Of a stretch of 47,082 nucleotides of DNA, positions 22,421-30,074 are shown piece by piece. Each line of letters starts with the position of its first letter. The stretch's first letter is position 1. Location of the stretch: positions 1-47,082 of the IMG/VR virus record IMGVR_UViG_3300046055_000016; one strand, 5' to 3'. Origin of the DNA: a virus. The translations under genes and the position numbers were made by a program. A model generated the notes under the pieces. That model was not told where the DNA came from. It was given only the letters and a program-made list of their open reading frames with translations, and did no database searches.

Positions 22421-22448
22421 CGTTGCAGCAACGTTGCAGCAACGTTGC
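22421..22448. promoter_or_regulatory. Tandem 11-nt repeat CGTTGCAGCAA x2.7, giving two 10-bp palindromes GCAACGTTGC one helical turn apart
   Basis: Seen directly. This is an operator-like arrangement with an AACGTT core, as in the GAACGTTTGTT boxes. Confidence 0.5.
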
Positions 22449-22500
22449 GGCCCATCGGGCAGTGCTGTTAGCTGTTGCCGCATCGCGAGTGAGAGCCCCA

Positions 22501-22658
22501 CCACTCGGGTTAGCTAGGGCGAGACGCCGCTAGTGCCACTCGGAAGCCCCCTCGGGGACTCCTTGGGGGGCCACTCGGAGGCGTCTCGAGGCTCCTCGCA
22601 GGCCCCTCGAGCTACCACCCGCACTCGCCGGGCTCGCTCGAGGCCACTCGGGTTAGCT
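22501..22658 (+). repeat. CCACTCGG repeat set: exact 15-mer CCACTCGGGTTAGCT at 22501 and 22644, and CCACTCGGA at 22536 and 22571
   Basis: Seen directly, upstream of the putative rightward promoter. CTCGAG occurs three times in the same stretch. Confidence 0.6.
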
Positions 22659-22672
22659 CCAGCTCCTCGCTC

Positions 22673-22700
22673 TTGTGCCCGCCCGCCCATCGGGTACGCT
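22673..22700 (+). promoter_or_regulatory. Candidate rightward promoter TTGTGC-N16-TACGCT, ending 6 nt before the ATG at 22707
   Basis: Hexamers seen by eye. The geometry matches the leftward promoter (TACGyT-N6-ATG). The downstream gene has no SD. Confidence 0.4.
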
Positions 22701-22706
22701 GCCAGT

Positions 22707-23609
22707 ATGGTTACCGCAATCACTGTGACGGGCACCTGGACCCGCCCCGACGGGAGTCAAGCCCCGGCCTCGGGTGGGGTCACCTTCCAGCTCGCCCACC
22801 CCATTACCGATCCCGGTGGCAACGTCATCGTGGCCGCCCAGACCGTCTCGGCCGACCTGGATGCGAATGGCTCCATCTCGGTGGACTTGGCCGCCACCGA
22901 CGAGCCCGGCACTTCCCCGAGAGGCAACACCTATTACGTCATCGAGTCGATCGAGGGCCAGCCTCGGCGGACGTACTCGATCGAGGTCCCCCACGATGCG
23001 ACCAACGGCCGGGTTGATCTGGCCGACGTGGCCCCGGCCTACGAGCGCGACTTAGCCACAGCCGGTGGCGGGGTGCCCGATCCCCACGACCTGTTGAGTC
23101 AGTCGCATAGCAACCTCAATGTCTATCGCCGCGACGACACACCGATCGTGCTGGGCACGGCTGACATGGCGGTTGTGAGGGGATCTCCGTCGGTGAGGCA
23201 AGTCAGTGGCCGCTGGACCGCCTATTCCTTCAACGATACCAACGCAGCCAGGATCGCCGGCGTTGCCGTCGTGCCCTATCAGTGGGACGCGGTCGACATC
23301 GGCTTATGGTATACCACCCAGAGCGGTAACTCGGGCGACGTCGTGATCCGCGACCGGCGGCTAAGCCCCCAAGAGGGTGACGACCTGTCCCAGGAAAGCT
23401 CGGCGGACACAGTGCTGTCGGTCTCAGTTGCCAGCGAGCACCTGGCCACGGCCACGCTTACCACCGACGCGCCCGTCTCCGATACCGACTCGCACCCTGT
23501 GGGGCCGGGCCCACTCCTTCTCTCTTTCGAGCGCCGCCCTGGTGAGGCGTCAGACACCCTCAATGGGGATTTTTTGTTCTTGGCCTACGTGTTGAGCAAA
23601 GCCGGCTAA
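22707..23609 (+). CDS. Tail fibre / minor tail-like protein (first gene of the rightward operon)
   Basis: Starts MVTAITVTGTWTRPDGSQAPASGGVTFQL, a beta-rich N-terminus typical of phage fibre and minor-tail proteins. GC3 rises after 22707. The upstream part of ORF 22533.. is built from DNA repeats. Confidence 0.5.
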   Translation: MVTAITVTGTWTRPDGSQAPASGGVTFQLAHPITDPGGNVIVAAQTVSADLDANGSISVDLAATDEPGTSPRGNTYYVIESIEGQPRRTYSIEVPHDATNGRVDLADVAPAYERDLATAGGGVPDPHDLLSQSHSNLNVYRRDDTPIVLGTADMAVVRGSPSVRQVSGRWTAYSFNDTNAARIAGVAVVPYQWDAVDIGLWYTTQSGNSGDVVIRDRRLSPQEGDDLSQESSADTVLSVSVASEHLATATLTTDAPVSDTDSHPVGPGPLLLSFERRPGEASDTLNGDFLFLAYVLSKAG

Positions 23610-23899
23610 TGACCTCTCCTTCGACCCCTTGCCAGCGCTATCAGTCCGGCGAGTTCGCCCACGTCGTGTTTTGCCGATCCGCCCAGCCCGGTGAGGCCGT
23701 GGTGACCGTCTCGCGCGCTGTCGGCTCTTCGACCGCTGCCAGCCTCGTGCGGCTGTGTGAGGCCGTGCTCAACGCCAACTCGCTGCAAGCCCAATACGAG
23801 CTTGACGATCTGTTCGGCTTTGTCGGCGATGGCGACAACATCAACGAGTTCGACGACACCGACCCCTCTTCTGACGACGAGCCCAACGCCTTGAGTTAG
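23609..23899 (+). CDS. Hypothetical protein
   Basis: TAATG overlap with the upstream gene; 96 aa; acidic C-terminus. Confidence 0.5.
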   Translation: MTSPSTPCQRYQSGEFAHVVFCRSAQPGEAVVTVSRAVGSSTAASLVRLCEAVLNANSLQAQYELDDLFGFVGDGDNINEFDDTDPSSDDEPNALS

Positions 23900-23920
23900 C
23901 CCTCGTAAGGAGCCATTGCC

Positions 23921-24307
23921 ATGCCCATCTATCCCTACCACTCGGATATCGACAACCCAAGCTCTTCCTCGCCGTCGCCGGAGTCCGACGGTTTTGCCCC
24001 CTATGACATTGATCGTTTCTGGCCCGATCTTACGCCCACCCAGAGAGGGCATATCGTCAACACGGCAACAGCCGGCCAATCCGCTTCTCATCCGGCGATG
24101 CCCGCCAACCCCCCCTCGACCACGCCCGACGAGAAGGCCCGCACCTTACAGGGCTCGTTCCTATCGGCCGTGCGGCAGTCGTTCGCCCCATCGGTGCATC
24201 GCCAACGGCTGGGATCGGCCTCTCCCGCCCCCTCAACCGTCTCCCGCAACACTGTCCCTGATACCCCCCTCCATCGCTGGGGCGGCAACGATGAGGTGTT
24301 CAGCTGA
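23921..24307 (+). CDS. Hypothetical Pro/Ser-rich protein
   Basis: ATG after AAGGAG; 128 aa. Confidence 0.5.
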   Translation: MPIYPYHSDIDNPSSSSPSPESDGFAPYDIDRFWPDLTPTQRGHIVNTATAGQSASHPAMPANPPSTTPDEKARTLQGSFLSAVRQSFAPSVHRQRLGSASPAPSTVSRNTVPDTPLHRWGGNDEVFS

Positions 24308-24309
24308 CG

Positions 24310-24495
24310 ATGGACGAACACACGTTCGATTACGTCTACGATCTGATCAATCAGGTGCTGGCAGCCCAGGCCGTCAACAAGGGCTGGGAGTGGACAACCA
24401 GCCAGATGAGACAGGCCGCGAGAGCTGCGGCTGAGGTCATGGCCGAGGGGGTTGACCATCCTTATGAGGTGAAGGGAGACAGCCATGGATCATGA
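24310..24495 (+). CDS. Hypothetical small protein
   Basis: 61-aa ORF, tightly packed between its neighbours. Confidence 0.45.
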   Translation: MDEHTFDYVYDLINQVLAAQAVNKGWEWTTSQMRQAARAAAEVMAEGVDHPYEVKGDSHGS

Positions 24496-24961
24496 GCAGC
24501 TCAAGGGCTTGCTGCTCTCGGTGTTGCAAACGTGCGACGAGGTCTTCGCCCGTCAGGCGTTGCTTGCCCTGGGGCATGGCCGTTGCTCGGGTACCGAGCA
24601 CCCCCATCCGCAAGCGCAGGTCACATCCCAGCAGCACGACCCCGACGGGACGACGACGGTCGAGGAAGCGTTGCGGCGTGCCAAAGATGCCGAGAACAAC
24701 GCCACTCAATACAGACGGCGCGCTGAGCAAGCCGAGCATGACGTGACGTGGTACAGGCACCGTTTGGACGAGTGTGAGCACCGGGAGTGGACAGCCAGCA
24801 ACGCTGAGGCCGACTGCAAGGGGCACAAGGAACGCGCCGATGCCTACGCTGCCTGGCTAGCGCGGCATCACTCACACCTGAAAGAGACTGCCGACGCTGT
24901 ATGGACCCTGCTGTTTCAGTACGACGAGGGGGATCGGGTCATCCCCAAGACCGACACGTGA
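24485..24961 (+). CDS. Hypothetical coiled-coil protein
   Basis: ATG after GGGAGA; heptad-like charged sequence; 158 aa. Confidence 0.5.
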   Translation: MDHEQLKGLLLSVLQTCDEVFARQALLALGHGRCSGTEHPHPQAQVTSQQHDPDGTTTVEEALRRAKDAENNATQYRRRAEQAEHDVTWYRHRLDECEHREWTASNAEADCKGHKERADAYAAWLARHHSHLKETADAVWTLLFQYDEGDRVIPKTDT

Positions 24962-24973
24962 AAGGAGGCATCC

Positions 24974-25390
24974 ATGAGCTACGACAACTTGGACCTTGAC
25001 GCGTACGACCGCTTCTTGCTCCATGCTTTGAGGCAAGCCGGCTCGACGACTCAGCAGCGGGCTCGACAGATGCTGAGCGGGTCAAGCAACGTCTCCGAAG
25101 GTGCAATGCAGCGTCTTGAGGCCCTTGCGCGTGAGGCTCAGCACGAGCAGCAACGCGCCGATAGCGCTCAGGACAGCCTCGAGCAGTACCGCCAGCTCTC
25201 GGTCGATGCTGAACAGCGCGCCCAGAAACATGCCAACCGCGCCGATAGGTATGCCTCCCACCTTCGCGGTCTGTACCAGCAGCTGTCCAGCCAGCCGCGT
25301 CACATGCTCTCGCTTCAGACCCTGAGGGTGATGGCCGACGAGATCCACGAGTTGCTAGCCGATTACGACGACGAGCCTGAGCCGATCTGA
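24974..25390 (+). CDS. Hypothetical coiled-coil protein
   Basis: ATG after AAAGGAGG; 138 aa; similar in composition to 24485..24961. Confidence 0.55.
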   Translation: MSYDNLDLDAYDRFLLHALRQAGSTTQQRARQMLSGSSNVSEGAMQRLEALAREAQHEQQRADSAQDSLEQYRQLSVDAEQRAQKHANRADRYASHLRGLYQQLSSQPRHMLSLQTLRVMADEIHELLADYDDEPEPI

Positions 25391-25430
25391 CCAAACCAAA
25401 AGCCGAAAGAGATAAGGCAAGGACCCAGCT

Positions 25431-25868
25431 ATGGCCGATGCCACGTATAACGAGGGCTTGCAGGACAAGCACTACCAGGACTGGTCGTCTGCTGCCATCG
25501 AGGTGCTGTTGCTGGACAACGCCGACAGCCCCACGTTCGACGCGACGCATACCTATGTCGCCGACGTGCTGGCCGCAACGGGCAACACTGAAGTCTCTGG
25601 CACGGGCTACAGCCGCAAGTCCGTGCCCAGCAGAACCGTAACCAGAGACGACGCCAACAACCGGGCCGAGCTGGACCACGGCGACATTACCTACTCGGGG
25701 GCCGACTTCGGCGAGATCGGCGCGGCCGTGTACTACCGCTTGGTCACCGACGACACCGACAGCCCCGTCTGGTTCTACAAAGACTCAGGTTTACCGGCCC
25801 AGACCAACGGGGCCGACTTCACGCTCTCGACGGGCTCAGCCGGCCTGGTCCACGACCGGGATCAGTAG
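25431..25868 (+). CDS. Hypothetical virion-module protein
   Basis: 145-aa, beta-rich, GC3-rich ORF located directly upstream of the LamG fibre gene. Confidence 0.5.
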   Translation: MADATYNEGLQDKHYQDWSSAAIEVLLLDNADSPTFDATHTYVADVLAATGNTEVSGTGYSRKSVPSRTVTRDDANNRAELDHGDITYSGADFGEIGAAVYYRLVTDDTDSPVWFYKDSGLPAQTNGADFTLSTGSAGLVHDRDQ

Positions 25869-25904
25869 CCCTACTTCACCCAGCGAGTGAAGTGAGCTGT
25901 TGCT

Positions 25905-28064
25905 ATGAGCTATCGCGATGTGGTCCTGGCCGACAACCCGGCCGCCTACTGGCGCTTGGGCGAGTCGTCGGGCTCGACCGCCTACGACGAGACCAGCAAT
26001 GGCTACGACGCGACCTATCGGGGTGACCCCACACTCGGGGTAAGCGGGGCGGCCAAGCTATCTGATACAGCTATCGACTGTGATGGCTCGGGTGATTATG
26101 TCGACGCGGGTGACATAATCGACCCGATGGCAGGTTCGTGCTCGTTCGAGCTGTGGGTCAATATGGACCAGCTCGAGACCGAGCGCGGGTTGATGTTAAA
26201 AGACGACGGCAGCGACGGGTGGGGGGTCCAGCTCGGCGACGGCACGGCCGATGGCAACCTGCGCTTCTTCCAGCGTGGGGCCTCGACGGTGATCCTTGCT
26301 ACGACAACAGATCCCGTCGCAACGGGTCAATGGCACCACATCGTTGCGGTCTACGATAGCTCGACTGGTGATCGCCAGATTTATGTGGATGCAGCGCTCG
26401 AGGCCAGCGACACCATCGCCACGGGCGGCTTTGCCTCAGCCTCGGCCAAGCTGGCCATCGCGGCTCGCCGCGATGGCGGCGATGCGGTTGATGGCCAAGT
26501 TGACGAGGTAGCCGTCTATACCGCCGCCTTGTCGGCGAGCCAGATCCAGCAGCATTACGACGAGGCGCGAAAGGTCGAACTCGACGCCCATGTGTCGGTG
26601 TTGGAGCACAAGCGGCTATTTCCCGGCACCTTTGAGGCCCACACGGTCGAGTCGGTTCATTCTCCCCTGGGCATCAAAATCGGCCTTCCCGCTCATACCT
26701 CGATCCTGGCTCACCAAGACCAGTCGGACTCCGACACCGGCACGGACAACTCGAAAGAAGGGCAAGCAAAGGCCCTAAAGTCCACCCTCGGGTATGGCTG
26801 GGGGGTGCCCGATCCCAAGGCTTCAGCCAACGAGAAGATCGAGACACCTAGGGAGAGTTGGCCAACAGAGCGCACCTCGGAGGCCAAGCGCCTCATGCAG
26901 GATCAGGGGGTCGACTCATCTACGTCTGAGGGCGTGGGCGAGGCCATGCGCAAGCTGGGAGAAGACATCTCCCACGACGTGCGCACGAACTTACAACGCT
27001 ACGAGTGGCACGCCAACACCCATACCCATCGAGAGGTGTTCGGGCTCGCCCAAGCGCTGTTCGTTGTCACGGGGTATGGTGAGCCCTCGTTGGTTCGTCT
27101 TCGCGCCGACACGGGCGCCATGGAGTGGGGCATCGACTCGGATACCGCTTATGGCTATCACTACATTGATGTTGATACCAAAAACGAGCGCATCTTTCCC
27201 ATGACTGACCAAGAGGAGACGATGGATGCGTATAACTTTCAAGGTAGGCGGATATGGCGAGTGAGGCCTTTTCGCGATCTTCCCGATGTGGCTTTCAAGC
27301 CGGATATTTTGGCATTGTCTTGGGATCGAGAGAAGGTCTATACGTATTACCAAAAAGGAGAGAGGTTCGAGGAGCCCTACGAGGCGGTGTTCATTGAGCT
27401 AGACGCCGCGGATGGCACAAGGAGGGTCCTTTCCGTTTCACACCCGACTGAGTCCTCTAATACAACGATATTCGATGTCACTGAGGATTATATCTACCAT
27501 GTGACGCCAAAGGACACTGGAGGGTTCAATAACTATCCCCATGTGCGCAAAATGAGCAGGGCGGATGGGTCCCTTGTATGGGAAACAAAAATAGAGCAGG
27601 CTGAGCCCTACCTCCATCTATGTATCACAGAGCGGATGGTGTGGGTACAGATCCACCTAACAATATACATGCTAAAGGAGGATACGGGCGAAGTGTTGGA
27701 CTCTCATACCCTTCCAGAGGAAGAGGATAGCTCCCCTGTTCGCCTATGGAAGGATCATGACAAGAAAGATAGCGTATTCTCTGTTGTATACACAGATGAT
27801 TATGGTGGGCCCTATCGCTCCAGCCTTCATTATGCGACGGCACAAGCCCGTAGCATGAGGGTCGATGAGAATATATGGATAAAGGACGGATACCCACTAT
27901 ACGACCATGTTGTGCGAGATGGGGAGGGGAACTTTTTCTTTGGAGCCACGTTCGGAGGCTATGGCATCTTGAAGCTGGACTCCGACTTGAACAGGCAGTG
28001 GCAGGAGGACAATCTCTACCACCGCATGGTTATGACTGATCAGGGCTACTCGGCACGATGGTAA
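25905..28064 (+). CDS. LamG (concanavalin A-like lectin) domain protein with a C-terminal beta-propeller-like region; probable receptor-binding fibre or spike
   Basis: The N-terminal ~230 aa have a LamG signature (AYWRLGE...FELWV...WHHIVAVYD...IYVDA...VDEVAVYTAALSASQIQQHY). The C-terminal third has repeated W/Y-rich beta segments and markedly AT-richer codons. Confidence 0.75.
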   Translation: MSYRDVVLADNPAAYWRLGESSGSTAYDETSNGYDATYRGDPTLGVSGAAKLSDTAIDCDGSGDYVDAGDIIDPMAGSCSFELWVNMDQLETERGLMLKDDGSDGWGVQLGDGTADGNLRFFQRGASTVILATTTDPVATGQWHHIVAVYDSSTGDRQIYVDAALEASDTIATGGFASASAKLAIAARRDGGDAVDGQVDEVAVYTAALSASQIQQHYDEARKVELDAHVSVLEHKRLFPGTFEAHTVESVHSPLGIKIGLPAHTSILAHQDQSDSDTGTDNSKEGQAKALKSTLGYGWGVPDPKASANEKIETPRESWPTERTSEAKRLMQDQGVDSSTSEGVGEAMRKLGEDISHDVRTNLQRYEWHANTHTHREVFGLAQALFVVTGYGEPSLVRLRADTGAMEWGIDSDTAYGYHYIDVDTKNERIFPMTDQEETMDAYNFQGRRIWRVRPFRDLPDVAFKPDILALSWDREKVYTYYQKGERFEEPYEAVFIELDAADGTRRVLSVSHPTESSNTTIFDVTEDYIYHVTPKDTGGFNNYPHVRKMSRADGSLVWETKIEQAEPYLHLCITERMVWVQIHLTIYMLKEDTGEVLDSHTLPEEEDSSPVRLWKDHDKKDSVFSVVYTDDYGGPYRSSLHYATAQARSMRVDENIWIKDGYPLYDHVVRDGEGNFFFGATFGGYGILKLDSDLNRQWQEDNLYHRMVMTDQGYSARW

Positions 28065-28151
28065 ACCCTCTGCCTTTCTCTCGTTTGCCTCGCCCCACCC
28101 CTTGCCCTAGATTGTGACGCATACTGACGCAGCCTCCGGTAAGGATCCCCC

Positions 28152-28529
28152 ATGCAGCCCACCTACGTGCCCGATAATGAGCGTCTGCCCGACGCGCGTG
28201 TAGAGATCATCGGCCCACCAGAGGGCATGGAGCAGGCAGTCGATCAGGTGCCGGCTATGGTCGACGAGGTCGAGCTAGCCGGCTGCCCGGCCTATCGCTT
28301 CTCCATTCGCTTTGCCCCCTCGGCCATGGACCGCGAGCTGATCCGCCAGGGCCACCCCGTGTGGGTCCAGCTCGTCAGCGGCATCGTCCCCTTTGGGGTC
28401 AAGGTCGGCTCGTCGCAGACCAACAACGGCTACGGGCCCCACCTGGACCAACCCCCGCCCAACGGCAGCGCAAGCGATGGCGACGGCGACGGCGACGACG
28501 GCTATGGCGACAGCGGTGGTATCCCATGA
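28152..28529 (+). CDS. Hypothetical protein with a C-terminal GDGDGDD tract
   Basis: 125-aa ORF; ATGA overlap with the downstream RHH gene. Confidence 0.5.
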   Translation: MQPTYVPDNERLPDARVEIIGPPEGMEQAVDQVPAMVDEVELAGCPAYRFSIRFAPSAMDRELIRQGHPVWVQLVSGIVPFGVKVGSSQTNNGYGPHLDQPPPNGSASDGDGDGDDGYGDSGGIP

Positions 28530-28678
28530 GCTATCCCGAGCGAGTCGACGTGTCCATGACGCCAGAGACCAAGCAAGAGCTAAACGAGCTAGCCAAGGCC
28601 AACCAGACCTCGCTGGCCCAGCAAGCCCGCGTGGCCATCCAGAGCTATCTGGCCTGGCTGAAGCAGCCACAGTCGTAG
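28526..28678 (+). CDS. Small ribbon-helix-helix (CopG/Arc-like) DNA-binding protein
   Basis: 50 aa. The sequence MSYPERVDVSMTPETKQELNELAKANQTSLAQQARVAIQSYLAWL fits strand-helix-helix. The ATG is at 28526, in frame within ORF 28361..28678. Confidence 0.6.
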   Translation: MSYPERVDVSMTPETKQELNELAKANQTSLAQQARVAIQSYLAWLKQPQS

Positions 28679-28714
28679 CCGTTACCCTGGAGCGAGCCGT
28701 TCCTTGGAGACGCT

Positions 28715-29062
28715 ATGACGACCTCGGAATACCCGGGCTATACCAACCCTACCGGCACCGCGCCCAGCTCGATCTTCGACGAAGTCAACGCGGCCTACCG
28801 CCAAGTCGATGTTGACCGCTTGTCACCCATTGAGGAGATGGGCCAAGCCACTTTCAGCGGCGATGGCACGGCCACGACCTTCTCGATCAATCACACCCTG
28901 GGCGTGGCACCCTCTCGGGCTTTCATCCAGGCCCATAGCGGGGACGCCAGCGGCGACTCGTGGGTGTCCAACATGACCGCCTCGGTCATCGAGATCACCT
29001 TCGCCGCGGCCCCGGCCAGCGGCACCGACAACATCGTGCTGGGCTACTACGCCCGCGCCTAA
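28715..29062 (+). CDS. Hypothetical beta-rich protein
   Basis: ATG after GGAGA. Contains FSGDGTATTFSINHTLG, a motif seen in small phage tail-associated beta-sandwich proteins. Confidence 0.5.
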   Translation: MTTSEYPGYTNPTGTAPSSIFDEVNAAYRQVDVDRLSPIEEMGQATFSGDGTATTFSINHTLGVAPSRAFIQAHSGDASGDSWVSNMTASVIEITFAAAPASGTDNIVLGYYARA

Positions 29063-29129
29063 GCCCCGCCGCGCCGACGCCTCTCCGACGGCTCTACGTG
29101 TGCGTGGTGCATGAGAGGCGGTGGGCCTA

Positions 29130-29174
29130 CCCCGCGCCGAGAGCTTTTCGTCTCCTTTCTCTCTCGGCGCGGGG
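29130..29174. other. Perfect 14-bp stem hairpin (CCCCGCGCCGAGAG / CTCTCGGCGCGGGG) with a 17-nt pyrimidine-rich loop
   Basis: Seen directly in the 160-nt gap between the fibre module and terS. No U-tract follows it. Confidence 0.7.
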
Positions 29175-29222
29175 CATGGCGGCGGCCAACCGCTGTGAGG
29201 GGGATTACACAGGAGAGGCACT

Positions 29223-30074
29223 ATGGGTGACCAGATCGTCGTTGACTTCTCCAAGGCGGTCCCGCCCGAACAACAGCCCGATCCGCGGGTAGAGCTTCCT
29301 TCCCAAGCAGATAGCTCCAACCCAGCCAGAGATAGCTCTCCCCACTCGGTTGAGAGCGCTCAAGCAAGCGAGATCCAACAGCCCCTGGACCGTCCCGTCG
29401 CCGATGACGAGATTGAGGGCATCAAGGCCGCATTCGTGCGAACGGGGGGCAACCTGGCCCAGGTGGCCCGCGAGTTCTCCACCTCACCCGCCCGGGTCAA
29501 GTCGCTGGCCTTGAAGAATGGCTGGACGCTGTATGGGCGGGCCAAGTCGTCCCACGAGAAGGCTTCTACATCCCGACTTCAAGCCTTATCGCAAAGCCTG
29601 GAGGCAAAGCTCTACGAGCTATTGGCCTCGCTGGAGGTAGAGACCAAGGAATACCACGACGTGACCAAGGACGGGCTCAACAGCCAGTACGTGGCCAACC
29701 TGGCCTCGCGCAACAGCGCCTTCAAGGACGTCTTCGACCGCTACATGCGCGTCCAGGCCCTGCTCGAGCCCGAGACTTTTGGCGAGGACAAAAACAGCGC
29801 GGCTCGTCTGGCTCAGCAGAAAGCCTCCAGCTCCGATGGCCTTGGCGGCGTGGAGGGGGTCAATCGCCAGATCACCGCGCTGATCGCCGGGGTGGTCGTC
29901 ACTCAAGATCCAGTGTCCAAGCCACCCGACATGGAGGCGGCCCAGGTCATCGAGGCCACCCCGCCAGCAGACCCCGCTTCTCATAGCGGAGGTGACCCCG
30001 CCCCTTCCCCCGGCGAGGACGATATAGACCCCGACAGCAATACGGTTGATGACGCAAGCGACCTCCTGGAATGA
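29223..30074 (+). CDS. terS: Putative terminase small subunit
   Basis: HTH-like segment GGNLAQVAREFSTSPARVKSLALKNGW followed by coiled coil. ATGA overlap with terL. SD is AGGAGAGG. Confidence 0.6.
   Translation: MGDQIVVDFSKAVPPEQQPDPRVELPSQADSSNPARDSSPHSVESAQASEIQQPLDRPVADDEIEGIKAAFVRTGGNLAQVAREFSTSPARVKSLALKNGWTLYGRAKSSHEKASTSRLQALSQSLEAKLYELLASLEVETKEYHDVTKDGLNSQYVANLASRNSAFKDVFDRYMRVQALLEPETFGEDKNSAARLAQQKASSSDGLGGVEGVNRQITALIAGVVVTQDPVSKPPDMEAAQVIEATPPADPASHSGGDPAPSPGEDDIDPDSNTVDDASDLLE

Noticed and set aside
22533-22706. N-terminal extension of the first late gene as given by the ORF track
   Set aside because: The stretch is built from DNA-level repeats (CCACTCGG, CTCGAG, GCCCATCGGG). 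It has poorer GC3, a junk-like R/S/P-rich translation and no SD. The ATG at 22707 fits a promoter-proximal leaderless start.
24939-25679. 246-aa minus-strand ORF across three plus-strand genes
   Set aside because: Its composition is Arg/Gly/Ala-rich junk, and it spans several well-punctuated plus-strand genes that have SDs. It is a shadow ORF.
25905-28064. Diversity-generating retroelement targeting the LamG/lectin-like fibre
   Set aside because: No reverse transcriptase gene and no template/variable repeat pair is evident anywhere in the window.
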